DNA of 63,969 nucleotides, filler included, from Octopus bimaculoides (lineage: Eukaryota), in NCBI RefSeq assembly GCF_001194135.2. It is 10 parts of 9 records of this genome, joined end to end, with 100 filler letters (N's around TTAATTAATTAA, not from the genome) between each part and the next. Parts side by side here need not be neighbours in the genome. Positions count along the whole stretch, not along the records: positions 20,849 to 34,373 come from NC_068989.1; positions 34,474 to 43,693 come from NC_069004.1; 8 more parts are not named here. One strand, written 5' to 3'. Under the pieces are notes generated by a model, which had not been told where the DNA came from, made no database searches, and saw only the letters and a program-made list of their open reading frames with translations. Shown here one piece after another: positions 24,637 to 37,270 of this stretch (position 1 is the first letter of the stretch; every line of letters starts with the position of its first letter). The translations under genes and the position numbers were made by a program.

Positions 24637-25930
24637 CAGTGGTCCCCAAACCTTCTCAGGATGCCGTTTCCTTGGCACCCAGGCCACATTTCTAGCGCAC
24701 CCTCCCCACGACAAACTATCACAAGCATAGATCTCTTTCTACTACAAATTCAAAACAACCGTAGTTCACAAATAAAACTTAACCCATTACTTTGCTGTTT
24801 TATGAAAGGGCAAATTTACATCTCGCCTTTAACTACGTTGCTTTCATATTTCTAATGCGATGGATGATATCAGCTTCTCAACACCCAGCTGAAAGATGCT
24901 AAGAAGTAGTCTAAGGTCCTCGAGTTCAGTAATTTTCAGTCTGTTTCTTTGCTTAGAATCTGGGCAACTGCACTGAAGCCCATCGTTACAAAATATGTTG
25001 GAAAGACAATAAAGTACATCTTGAATTTGTTTCACAGTGCAGGGTGGCAGTCAGGAATGACATTTTGCAATCGAAAATCTAGACGTGAATTTTTGAACCT
25101 TGGCCAATATTGTTTAAAGTAAAACCAGTTCTTCCTCCACTATTTTTGCTTCCTCATTACTGATAATTAGGAATCACCCAGGCTGGTATTTTAATAAAAA
25201 AAATACCCTGGAATCTGTCAGTCATATCTCTGAGTAGCTCACCCGGATGTGAAAGCTATACTTAAATGCTATCTTCTGATATGCACTTATCCTTCTCCAA
25301 TTCAGAGAGGCTCGGAAACTGGAAGAACTAACGACGGCTTATGTTACATTTGAATACCTGTAACTGGGATGACTTTACTTTGACAAGCTTTAACCTCATC
25401 TCATTGCAGTTGCAAATTAACATAATTGAACTCTGTGAATATATCTGCCATACAAAGCAATATCATATTTGATGTTTCTGGGTTCATCACAAAGAAGAGA
25501 ATAAGTGTCTTCCAAGAATTTAACAGTTGTTTTAGAAAGGAAATAGAAATTTTCAGGCAGTTTTCCTTTACAACCATCGAACTTCTGTGTGCAACAACAA
25601 GCGTTCAAAATATTTATCATTCTCAGTACAGAGATGTTGAAACAATGGGGAATAGTGGGCATGGTACCGTGGTTTTATTTACTACTGTGATAACAGTGCT
25701 CAACGTTTTGTTAAGTCTACCACTTAGGTTATTTGCAACAAGATGTTGCCTGTGCATTATAGAATGCGCTCTAAACACGCTAAGTATAACTTTTTCAATA
25801 AACTGATGAAGCTGCGAAAGCAATCTATCATGAATGGTGTCTCACCTATTGCTCAAACACAAAATATTGACTCCTCCTTTGTATCTGTTCCTAGTTGTCT
25901 TACAAACAATAGCTTGTGAACTATACACTA
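24637..25930 (-). mobile_element. hAT (Charlie/Buster, SCAND3/ZBED-like) transposase relic with one TIR
   Basis: LLFVRQLGTDTKEESIF, HSIMHRQHLVANNLSGRLNKTLSTVITVVNK, QRNRLKITELEDLRLLLS. TIR CAGTGGTCCCCAAACCTT at 24637. Confidence 0.85.
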
Positions 25931-26742
25931 ATCTTTGACGAGGCAAACATAAGCAAGAAACATACTTTTAACGCTTGGCAAAAGGGAATAATCTAACTGT
26001 AAGCTAAGTTGGTTATTCCAAGTATGTTGCTCAATATATCTTCGATTTTAAAGTATTTCACATTTTGAAATATTTGTAATACGCATTTTTAGAGAAAAAA
26101 TTCGTACTTCCACTTCATCATTTTAATTTTTCCGATTAAAATCCCTAAAAAAGAAAAACCGAGAAATTCTGATTTATGCATATCTTTTCCAAAATTTTTT
26201 CTATAAGAATACGAATTATAAGTGTCGAAGATACGATGAGGGGATGGGTAGACTTTTTAAAAAGCATGGATTTAGAAGTTTTAAATTAATATCCGTCAGT
26301 GAGTATTTTGAAATGAGGCATACTATAAAATGTGGAAAAATCCAGAAACCCCGCCACGAGAAATTCCGATTTATGTAAGACAACTATTCTGAAAGTTCGA
26401 CAAATACAATTTAAATGCCTTTTTGTAGGTTCATAATGATAGAGTTTCTAAAACATAAACTTGAAAAAATTGTGGAAAACAATTAAAAACAAAAAAAATT
26501 GAGCTGGTTAAATGGTAAACTCCAGTTCGGATCCTACTACGGTAACGCAAACTCCACCAATTCTAAAACAAAATTATTACAGTAATCTATATAAGGTATA
26601 TAAGGTATGTAAGCAAGCATAAGGTATGCATCACATACACACGCGCGCGCGTATAAATATATATGTATACACATATATACGAATATATGCATATACAACA
26701 TACTTAGAAACATACACATATACACGTATACATCTACACAAA

Positions 26743-26776
<34 letters not shown>

Positions 26777-27238
26777 CGTGTGTATATATTTATAGCCTTA
26801 GCAGGCTGCTTCTCCTCTCACTATTTTCTTGGGATTTTGGCTACCAGAATAACGACGCTCTTCCCTACCGACGCCAAACATATTAATCCACTTGTTTGGA
26901 CTAACAATTTTTCTAATATTGTATCTTGGGAGAGTCATTACGCCAATTATAACACATGTATAGGTTCAATTCTTCAATTCCACTATTTTATTGTTAGTCA
27001 ATTCGTTACAAATCTAACCAACTAACTAATCGTTTAATGTGTTGGTTAAACAATCAATCGGTTGTTTGTCCGCGATCTTTTCAGTGACTTAGAGACTCCC
27101 TCTCTTGTTGCAAGGTCTGCAAGCTCTGCTCTGTGTCTGTCTGAGAATTGGTCTTATGCCTGTGTGTATGCATGCTTTTATGTGTGTATGTAGATATGTA
27201 TTTGTTTAGAAAAGAAAGTAAGGGTGAGAGAAAGCGAA

Positions 27239-27316
<78 letters not shown>

Positions 27317-27429
27317 ATGCACATGTGATCTACAGCATTAAGTGCATGGAGGGGGATTGTAAGAATTGGAATACGACATACATTGGGGGAAATTCTAGGA
27401 ATTAAGCAGAGAAACTAAATGAAACTGTT

Positions 27430-28830
27430 ACGGACCACGTTACGGGCTATAAATGTACAGTAACTACTCCAACTAATAATTAATTACATTTATGTTGGTT
27501 CACAATCAATCTTAAACAACGATTATACAATCAGTTTTCATCGTTTAGACTTAAACATAAGGCCAATAGCACATCTTTATCTAATAAAATTTGGGAATTG
27601 AAGGAAAATGGTATTGATTTTAACATTAAATGGGAAATCATCAGGAGGGCACAACCCTATAAAAATAGTAGATACGGCTGTGGACTGTGCTCAATGGAAA
27701 TTTATGAAATTTTTAAACTGAAGGATAATCCTAATCTAATTAACAATAGATCTGACCTTAGGGTTCTATGTGTACATTGTTACTCTCGCACCTTTAAATA
27801 TTTTAAAAAATAAATCTTGCTAATAATATATTACTTTAAACCTTTTCGTTTCCCAGGCTATTAACTACTTTATTTAAGTTATAGCTTTAAAGTATAATTT
27901 TGGAATACATCTTAACCTTTCCCAACCCACTGATAATATTCCTACATTTCTCAAGCTAATTCTAGGTCTCTTCTACCATATTATCAATTTTGAAACCATA
28001 GCTTTAATACTCTTAGTTTAGTCCTGATTTTCTAACTTTATTCCTCCCTTTTTTTCCTTCTGCTCCCCACCTTTTTTTACTTTGATTTGTTTTTGCCATT
28101 GATATCTTCTCTTCTTATGGTTTTCTTATAAATAATATCTCTCTTCTACTACCCCACATAAATGTACATCTTATTCTAATTTAACTATAAATGGTCTCTA
28201 TGGTTTTAATTTTAGTATTTTAGATTGTTGCATTATTCTAAATACACAAACAAATAGATATAGTCTTAGTAATTTCCTTTAATTCTCCAATATCTTGACC
28301 TAAATTCCCTTACCGTAAATTTCCTCTCGCCACTCCTTAGGGTATTGTCCTTCCATTTTCATATTTATTTCTATTTTTTTCCCCTTTCTTCTCTCTTTTT
28401 TCTCTTGCTTGATTCACCCATAACCTGCTTTCACTTACTACCTAACCTACCTTCCTCTAAATTGAAATTACTGTTTTCTTACCCCTTCCTCTAGAAAGAG
28501 GAACAAATAGAATATAAATAGAAATTAAATTCATGTTTGGTTCACTAGACTGTTGATTAACAGCCCAGTCAAGATGGTATTCTCTTCATCTCCTACTCTT
28601 GTATTTGCACACATTTACAAAATGACTTTCTGAAATGAACTTCCATTATGCAGCTGAGGAGTCATTGCACATCTTATGTGGTGTTCTCACTACATAAATA
28701 AATGAAGCTTGTACGAAACGTACGTACTGCTATAACCTAATACATTTTTGTTGCTTTTCTTCAAATTTAACTCACCAAATCTCTTGATTTTGTTTTTCGT
28801 TTTACCCTACCAAATTCTGGTGCCACAAAC
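27430..28830 (+). mobile_element. Penelope-like element 3' part: GIY-YIG endonuclease relic, pyrimidine-rich tail, HHR
   Basis: Frameshifted GYKCTVTTPT..YIYVGS / INLKQRLYNQFSSFRLKHKANSTSLSNKIWELKENGIDFNIKWEII...CGLCSMEIYEI...NNRSDLRVLCVH, stop at 27813. Confidence 0.82.
28646..28735 (+). ncRNA. Type I hammerhead ribozyme with extended stem II
   Basis: Stem I TTATGCAG/CTGC-t-ATAA. Core CTGAGGA 28654-28660. G-C and T-A close stem II, with internal hairpin TTATGTGGTG/CACTACATAA. GAAA 28715-28718. Palindromic stem III ACGTACGT. GUA triplet, cut 3' of A28726. Confidence 0.68.
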
Positions 28831-29127
28831 ATTTTAAGTACCACATTTAATCTTTTGATTAAATCTCTCTCTCTCNNNNNNNNNNNNNNNNNNNNNNNNN
28901 NNNNNNNNNNNNNNNNNNNNNNNNNNNNNNNNNNNNNNNNNNNNNNNNNNNNNNNNNNNNNNNNNNNNNNNNNNNNNNNNNNNNNNNNNNNNNNNNNNNN
29001 NNNNNNNNNNNNNNNNNNNNNNNNNNNNNNNNNNNNNNNNNNNNNNNNNNNNNNNNNNNNNATGTGCTGCAATTAGTGACAACTGAATTCTTGTTTTTGC
29101 AAATTATATTGCGTGTAGCCACCTTTG

Positions 29128-29171
<44 letters not shown>

Positions 29172-29457
29172 ACAACCACCGCACAGATTAAAAGTATTTT
29201 TATGTACATGATTGGTATACGGTCAGATTATGACGTATATATTTATGTATCAATATACTTTGGATGGAGAAAAGTATAAATATGTAAATGCCAGTAACTG
29301 AAATATAATTTGTTTACCTGTCTAGGCTTTTATTCTATCACATATCCTGCTCGACAGAAACATTGCCTATAACCAATAGTCATTCAGGTACCACTAATTG
29401 CATGTAAATATTTTCTTACGTCATCAGCCTTAGTATTACCTGCCAGCACCATGACCA

Positions 29458-29836
29458 CCTTCCCTTGCACAAAGTATTGTAGAACTATGAATATAGCTAA
29501 TTTTGTGCGTAGATAATTTACTTGTTGTCAGATATCAGCTAGAATCGGGGATGCTTTTTTTACTATGATAAAATACAAAAGAAGGCCTAGGGTCATTCTA
29601 TTCTATTGATACAAAATCTGCAAACTATAAAATCTGCATATAACATGATATATAATTTGCATATAATTTGCATATAATTTGCAGATTTTGCTATACTTAA
29701 GATTTTATATCAATAGAATAGGCCTCCTTTTGTATTTTCCCTATCATAGGCAAAAATACATCTCCATTTCTGACTGAAATCGTAATGCAAAATCAGCTAT
29801 ATTCACAATTTTACTATACCTCATGCAAGGAAAAGG
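29458..29836. repeat. ~380-bp imperfect palindrome (foldback/MITE-like)
   Basis: Arms pair in register, e.g. CCTTCCCTTGCA/TGCAAGGAAAAGG, TGAATATAGCT/AGCTATATTCA, AAATACAAAAGAAGGCCTA/TAGGCCTCCTTTTGTATTT, TTCTATTGATA/TATCAATAGAA. Centre has (ATATAATTTGC)x3. Confidence 0.8.
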
Positions 29837-31652
29837 CGATAATGAAGCGTTTTTCACACTGTGGCCAACTGTTCCAAAGTCAGACCAGAACATTTAATCA
29901 ACGAAAACTACATTTTTATGTGAAAAATCAAGGTAGTGTGTATACAAAAATTCTAATGTGATTGGTGAAAACGAATAGCATATCTGGATTCAGCTCGAAA
30001 GAATAATTTATAAACAATTGTATATTCAATAGAAACGTTTCCGTCCATAAATGCTGTAGACTTTATATCCTACTTAACGTGGATGTATTATCATTCGCCT
30101 GGAGAGATTCTCTCATATAGACATACAGTGCTAAGAATACAATATATATCGTTAGCAGACGGTATTAAAAATGTAGATTCTGAGTTTGTAGATTCTGATA
30201 CTTGTGTATTAAGATGATTTTATCTTCATCGGTCTATCTAAGCGTTATTTTCGATAGTAATATCGATTATATATAAAACCTCCAAGCTGCTAACGTCTAA
30301 TCTAAAGCAAAATTAAAAACAGACATGCCGATGGTACAGAGTTCAACTGTAAAGGTATGTTTTTATAGTGAACAACCATAAAAACATACCCTTACATGGC
30401 CAATACTTCGACCAATTCGGTATCCTGAATATAAATTTTTAAAAATTCTGTGTCGTGAGTGGAACAGCAGAAGCAACCATGTTCGAGATATACGTGTAGG
30501 CCATCGGCATTAAATGAAATATCTATTATTACTACATAATGGATGATAAATATCTTCTGAATGGTTCATTTCCTTTAGCATTATACCACTTTACGTCAGA
30601 ATGTTCTGGAAATAACTCCATCAAAATATACTTGAAGATATAACATAACGAAGCTGCTCTGCATAACCTCAGCATTAAATTTCAACTTCAAGACAAGCTC
30701 GAGGGTATTCCAGAAAACCTTCACCTATCGGAGAAATTGGAATGGAAAACCTCCATCTATCGGAGAAATTGAAATATTACACAACTTTTTAGCATGTAGA
30801 CAAACCACAAGATAACACCGAATACACCTGATGTAAGTTTTCATGACAACATTCATAATAGCGTATTAATTATCGACATAGATTTACCGTACGTCATGCA
30901 GGAGCGAGCTGACAAATTATTAAATTACTCAAAATGTTGAATTGAAGTTACTATGGCAGTTAGGCATTGCGTTATAGTCAGTTAAATAAAACATTTGAAG
31001 TAGTAATTCTCACCAAACGTCTTATACAATGAAGGATACTTTGGACTAGAGAGCCCCATTTGTAATTGGTACGACCAGAGTGATGTAAAATCATTCCTGA
31101 CAAGCTATAAGGATAGAATTAGGCAAGTTCAAAATAATATAGCAATATTTATATGTGCTAATATTGTTGGGAGTGTTCTTACATATCTAGACATGATCTA
31201 AAAATGCCTGGCTGAAAAATGTCAATGCAACATACATGATTCTAAAAGACTTACTGACAGAGCCAATTAAGATTCTATACAATGGTCTCTTCAGTTGTTC
31301 TTGTATGCTGATGTTTCTTATATCATAAATGTAAATACAGAAAGGGTTCACAGAAGTACTACAAGGTACCATTGCTACTAACCACACGTAATTTACTGTT
31401 GTCATAACCAATAGATTTTAGGTCACCTAATATGGAATAATATGTTTGCAGATGAGCAAATAGTAAAAAGAACGAAAATAACTATTCCGTCAGTAAAATA
31501 CTAGTAAAGAGAGAAAAGATAAAGTAAAATGAATGAATAAATAAACGTAAAAGTGAACGAAATGTAACGAGCGCCAGCTTACAAAAGTTAACATTTGTTG
31601 GTGGACTATGACGCAAAAGCATTTTGTACATTGGTGAACAGTAATGCACTTA

Positions 31653-31704
31653 ATACAGTAATGCTATTACATACAGTAATGCTATTACATACAGTAATGC
31701 TAAT
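31653..31704. repeat. 18-bp tandem repeat (ATACAGTAATGCTATTAC) x ~3
   Basis: Directly visible. Confidence 0.85.
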
Positions 31705-33664
31705 GCAAGGAGAGAAAAATTACTTGGAAAAGAGTAACTCTCAAACGGGGTACAGTGATACCTCGCAGTACGAGTTTAATTCGTTCTACGACCGAACTTG
31801 TTTTACGATTTACTCGTTTAGAAATTAATTTTTCCCATTGAAAACTACAATACAATTAATCCATTCCAGCTCCTGCAAAACCACCAAAAAATGATTTGTT
31901 ATGGGTTTCAAAACTGAAAAGTTGTAGGTACAAGTAAAATGACAAAGCGGGGTTAGGGTGCCTAGTCGTATGAATTTCCCTGTGTAGAACACAAATTCGC
32001 AAAACTTTTCTGAAAATTCAAAGAAATAAAAGAAGTTATGAGCGGTTATAAGCCGTGCGTAAAGCAGAATTCCACCCGTTAAGGTCGAAAACTAGCCATA
32101 TTATCAACAAACTATAATTCAATGAGCCCCATAACCACTGGTTTGTCTCTGGTTACACCGCAGGTCTATAACAGACTGAAATGCTATTCGTGAACAGAAA
32201 CTTCCTTGCTTTTTTCCTTTTTACTAGATCTCGTCTCTCAAAACTGTACATTGGCCTCACGAGACTATTGACCACGATTTCTGGAGTTCATCTCGCTCTC
32301 GAAAACTATGTTTTCGCGGATATTGTTGTCTTGTGTTACCCTCGTATGTCCTGGTGTGCTGAATGCTATCACATTTATCGATGGTGATAGTGGTGAGGTA
32401 ATTAGATACCTCAATATAATCAATGTTGTTTGGGGCAGTCTTTGGTACATCTGGTTATTTTCAGGGTTAACATTTTGCACTTATTTGAAGCCCAAATTGC
32501 ATTTTGAAATTCAACTTTAACATTGTTGTGGATCTTCTGGGAATTGCTGTTCATTCTTTTCGAGTAACTTGAATTCATGTATATACTAAGATGGCTACAA
32601 ATTGGGTCTTCCTCGACGGAAAATCATAACCATTGAGCAATATGCTCAGCAGAAAAAATTGTGTGATTTAAGGGGTATTTAGCTGTTATTTTAGCACATT
32701 TCACAATCACCTCATACGCCCTCGTTTGTTTGTTACTCTGACTAGTGATAATTTTCAGTATCTTTCTCCCCATAAACACATTTATTGATCTATTGCTGGG
32801 ATTTAAGCCAAAAATTCGGACTCTCCGTGTATTAATCTGATTTTAAAACATTCCAAAAATTTTTTAAAAATTAATTTCAGAAAAAAAAAAATGCTTTTGA
32901 TAGTCGTATGAATTCCCGTATGTAGGACACAAATTTGTAAAACTTTTCTGAAAGTTTAAAAAAAAAAAAGTTATGAGGGGTTATATGCAGTTCGTAAAGA
33001 AGAATCCTGCCTCTTAACGAATACATTGAGCTGTATAATGACAAGTTTATCCCCTTAGTTCTTTTAAACATGACAAGAAAAAAATGTCAGACACTCGTTT
33101 TCTACAATTACGGTTGATGTAAATGAACTAATCAGGTTGCATCACATTCACATCGTTCGCTAATGTCCAGACACTGTTGCACAGCGACTCCAAACTACAT
33201 AAATCACGTAGAATCAAATTTTCAAGCAACATCTTCCTAATTTACAGTCTCGTATAAGCAACATCAGAAAACATCAAATAAAGTCATTAGCCATGTTAAA
33301 AAAAAAACAAAAACAAATTACAGTTACTATTAAAAAGGACCTATGTGTGTCGCTCTTCTCCATAATTTACCGCCTTCGGGTTTGTTTAAAAAATTTATAA
33401 ATATATATACTAGACTAAAATTAGCTATACATTAAAATTGGGTGAAATTGATGGGTGGGTTATGTGGCTGAATTGGATACATATAAAGCCATTGATGTCG
33501 GGTTCAATTTCCAGTCGTTCGGCTCATTTTTTTCCAGTAAATTGTTTAGATTTAGTCGCTCTTAATGTTATTAAAGAGGACATGTGTGTGTCGCTCTTCT
33601 CCGTAATTTACAGCCTTCGGGTTTGTTTAAAAAATTTATAAATACACACACACACATATCTATA

Positions 33665-34040
33665 TAAACGTGACTGTGGCAAGAAACTTGTTTTCCAGCC
33701 ACATGGGTCCGGGTTCAGTCCCACTGTGTGGCACCGTATTCCTTTTACTATAGCCTTGGACCGACCAAGGCCTTGTAAGTGGATTTGGTAGACGGAAACT
33801 GAAAGAAGCCCGTCGTATATATGTATATATTTGTGCGTTTGTGTTTGTCCCCACCAACATTGCTTGACAACCCGTGTTGGTGTGTTTACGTCCCCGTAAC
33901 TTAACGGTTAGGCAAAAAAGACCTATTGAATAAGTACTAGGCTTACAAAAAATAAGTCCTGAGGTTGATTTGCTCGACTAAAATCTCTTAAGGTGGTGCT
34001 TCAGCATGGCCGCAGTCAAATGACTGAAACAAAAGAATTA
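33665..34040 (+). mobile_element. SINE family A, near full length
   Basis: GGGTTCAGTCCCACTG B-box region through CATGGCCGCAGTCAAATGACTGAAAC tail. Confidence 0.88.
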
Positions 34041-34473
34041 AAGAATAAATATATGTGTGTGTATGTGAGTATATGTATATGTGAGAATATGTATATGTGT
34101 GTGCATATATGTGAGTGTGTGTGTGTTTGTAAGTATATAAATAAACACTATAGCAGTAACACCACTATAAACATCGTCATAACCACTATTACAGGCACCA
34201 ACACTATGACAGCGACACCACTACTATCACTACAATACACACCACTACAACTTCCCCCTGTACCACTATCAGAATCACACCAGTACCATCACCATTACTA
34301 CGACTACTACTACCACCACCACCACCACCAACAACAACAACAACTACAACAATTCTAATAACAGCAACACGACNNNNNNNNNNNNNNNNNNNNNNNNNNN
34401 NNNNNNNNNNNNNNNNNTTAATTAATTAANNNNNNNNNNNNNNNNNNNNNNNNNNNNNNNNNNNNNNNNNNNN

Positions 34474-34600
34474 ACGCGCGCCCGCAGGCAGATATGCCTC
34501 CGTACGCGCGCCCGCAGGCAGATATGCCTCCGTACGCGCGTCCGCAGGCAGATATGCCTCCGTACGCGCGTCCGCTAGTGCATGGGCAGGCAGATACGTC
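34474..34600. repeat. GC-rich 30-bp minisatellite (ACGCGCGCCCGCAGGCAGATATGCCTCCGT) x3 plus a longer variant, continuing into a gap
   Basis: Units start at 34474, 34504, 34534 and 34564. Confidence 0.92.
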
Positions 34601-34684
34601 ATTTGAAAGATATAGTGTTATAGGGACTCGCGTGTCTAAGTATGGACCTTGTAAGTTCGTATCTCTTCGATACATGGGGAAAAG

Positions 34685-34830
34685 GCGCATTGCTCCGCGG
34701 TTAGAACGTCGAACTCACAATCATTGGCTAATGAGTTCGATTCCAGGACCGGGCTGTGTTCTTGTGCAAGACACTGTATTTCATGTTGCTCCGATTCACT
34801 CAGCGATGTCACTAGTGCCATGCTGTGTCG
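34685..34830 (+). mobile_element. tRNA-derived SINE family E (CORE-like), degenerate
   Basis: GAGTTCGATTCC B box then TGTGTTCTTGTGCAAGACACT. Confidence 0.6.
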
Positions 34831-35184
34831 GATTTTCCTGTGGGTTTTGCATGGTAATGATGTGGATGGGATAAATGTTAGAGGGCGATGTGTTAGCAAC
34901 CCCCTCCCCTTACTGCTTTACAAAGTAAACAACAATAACAACACAACTACATAGTGACAGCCATGGTTGAAATATGAACAAGCATTATTAAAAGAGAAAG
35001 TAAGCATGGTCATTCCTTACCTAAGTGACCTTATCCTTATCGCCCATCGCTTGTTATGCGCTCATAAATTAGTTTGATAGTTGAACTCTGATTGGCCGTA
35101 GGCAAATGAGTTCATTACTGGGTCCGGAACTCTCGTGGAAAAAGTGTATGTGTGTGTGTATATATATTTATATATAATAATACA

Positions 35185-35390
35185 AATAATATGTGAGTAT
35201 ATGCATATATACGTACATGTATGTACATACCTACATCTACATGTATATCTGGGTACAGGACGTTACAAAAAACGTGGACAAAATGAGAAACAAATCATAA
35301 ACAGAGCACAGAAAACACAGGCCACATAGAGAACATTTCTTTCATCAGCTGCTACCATTCTAAAACTAAGCATTTCAAAGAGTTATATAT
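35185..35390 (-). repeat. Interspersed repeat, inverted homologue of 60965-61170
   Basis: Shared GCTGATGAA.GAAA.TGTTCTCTATGTGGC.TGTG..TTTTCTGT...GTCCTGTACCCAGATAT. Confidence 0.7.
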
Positions 35391-35869
35391 ATGTATGTGT
35401 GCGCACACTGTTTGGAAGCTACGCTTCACAATGTGGTCCTCGATAGGCTGGATAGTTTTGGGAAGAAACTCCTCCTCAAAGTTAACCATGCAGGTCATGG
35501 GTTCGTTTCTGCCAAACGCTATTCATGACTCGAGGCAAGTTTTATTATTTTTTCCTTCTCCCCATGATTCACAAACATTGTCAATTACATCTTTGATGTT
35601 GAACTTCTATACCGATTAATTAACTAATTTAACGGTGTTTAACGAGCATAAAAATATTCGTAACTTGGGAGGTTTCTGCTCGTTAATATGTGTATAGTTT
35701 TAAAAATAAAGAAAAAAATATTTTTATTCGTATCCGCTGGAACTCATTAAGAGAAGCACATTTTGCAGGAAACGGACAAATACAAATTATCAATAAAATT
35801 AGTAATCAATATATATATATATGAAGTAATTAATTAGCGCTCAAAATAGATGACATTATTATTAAAAAC

Positions 35870-36065
35870 TGGGGAAGCGAGCTGGCAAAATCGTTAGCAC
35901 GCCGGATGAAGTGCTAAGCGGCATTTCGTCCGTCTTTACGTTCTCAGTTCAAATTCCATTGAGGCCGACTTTGCTTTTTATTCTTTCGGGGGTCGATAAA
36001 ATAACTACCAATTGAGTTTACTCCCTCCTCCGAATTTGCTGGCCTTGTGCTAAAATGTGAAACCC
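35870..36065 (+). mobile_element. SINE family C
   Basis: GCGAGCTGGCAAAATCGTTAGCACGCC...GCTTTTATTCTTTCGGGGTCGATAAAATAA. Confidence 0.82.
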
Positions 36066-36419
36066 CTATTATTCATGTCAACGGGGCAAGCTGGGAGACT
36101 CGTTGAATGCGAAGCAAAATATTTAGCAACGGCCGTCTTTGCGTTCTGAGTTCAAATTCTTTTGGAATCGATAACTTAAGCACTGGGTTTGATGTGATCG
36201 ATTTTAACCCTTCTCCTTAAATTGCCGGCATTGTGCTTCTAGTGGAAAGGATTATTAATATTATTATATCTTTCTTTATACCCCGCACAAAAAAAAATGG
36301 GATAAAAATATTCAAAAGTCAGTATAAAATTAAAGAATGGGAGCAGTAAATATTTGCTTATCAAATGATGTACATCCTTTTTCACATCTTCAAAACCTAC
36401 TTGATGGGTAATGATTTCA

Positions 36420-36880
36420 AATTTTGGCACAAGGCCAGCAAGTTTACTGAAGTAAATTGTGGAGGGGACGGGGTAGTCGATTACATCGATCTCAGTATTA
36501 GTCTGGTATTTATCGATCACGAGAGGATGAAAGGGTAAGTTGACCTCGGTGGAATTTGAGCTCAGCACGTTAAGGGGCCATACCTGCCATCGGACGCGCG
36601 TACGGAGACTTATCTGCCTGTGCACGCAGTGGCGGACATGCGTACGGGGACATTTGAGCTTAGCACGTTAAGCCATATTATTGGTTTCAAAGTCTGACAC
36701 GAGGCGATAAATCGATTACAGCGATTCCAGGGATTAACTGCTATTTATTTTATCGATCTTGATAGAGATGAAAGGCAGGCAGTGTCAACCTCCGCGGAAT
36801 TTGAACTCAGAAATATGAAGACCCGGAAGAAATGCCGCTCAGCATTTTGTACAAAACGGTAACGGCTCTGCCGTCTTAGA
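36420..36880 (-). mobile_element. Two tandem SINE family C copies, the first interrupted by a 77-bp GC-rich insert
   Basis: Core motifs at 36500-36574 and 36740-36860. Confidence 0.7.
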
Positions 36881-36949
36881 GCAGCCTATTATGAGCAAAT
36901 CTTAAAGCGGCGAGTTGGCAGAAACCCTCTGAATTTAATTTTCTATTTT

Positions 36950-37270
36950 GTTAGTCACTGAACTATAGTCATACTGGGGCACAATGGCTTGTTAAAAGAA
37001 ATCAATCGCAGGGCTTGTTTCTTAAAGTCTGGTACTTATTCTCTAGATTGCTTTTAGATTTTGTTTTCCCAAACTACAAGATTACGGGGACGTAAGCAAA
37101 ACAACATCGGTTATCAAACGGTGGAGGAGACAAACAAACATACATAGAAACACACATCTATTCATCCATATACGCAGTTTTTCTTTGGCCCAGCGCTATA
37201 GTAGAAGACACCTGCCCAAGATACCACGCTATGATACAGAATCCGAAAACACGATTGCAAAGCAGGTTTC
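36950..37270 (-). mobile_element. SINE family A (degenerate)
   Basis: CTGGTACTTATTCT...TTACGGGGACGTAA...AGAAGACACCTGCCCAAG. Confidence 0.7.

Noticed and set aside
25803-25826. CTGATGAAGCTGCGAAAGC hammerhead-like string
   Set aside because: No viable stems I-III, and it lies within the hAT transposase relic.
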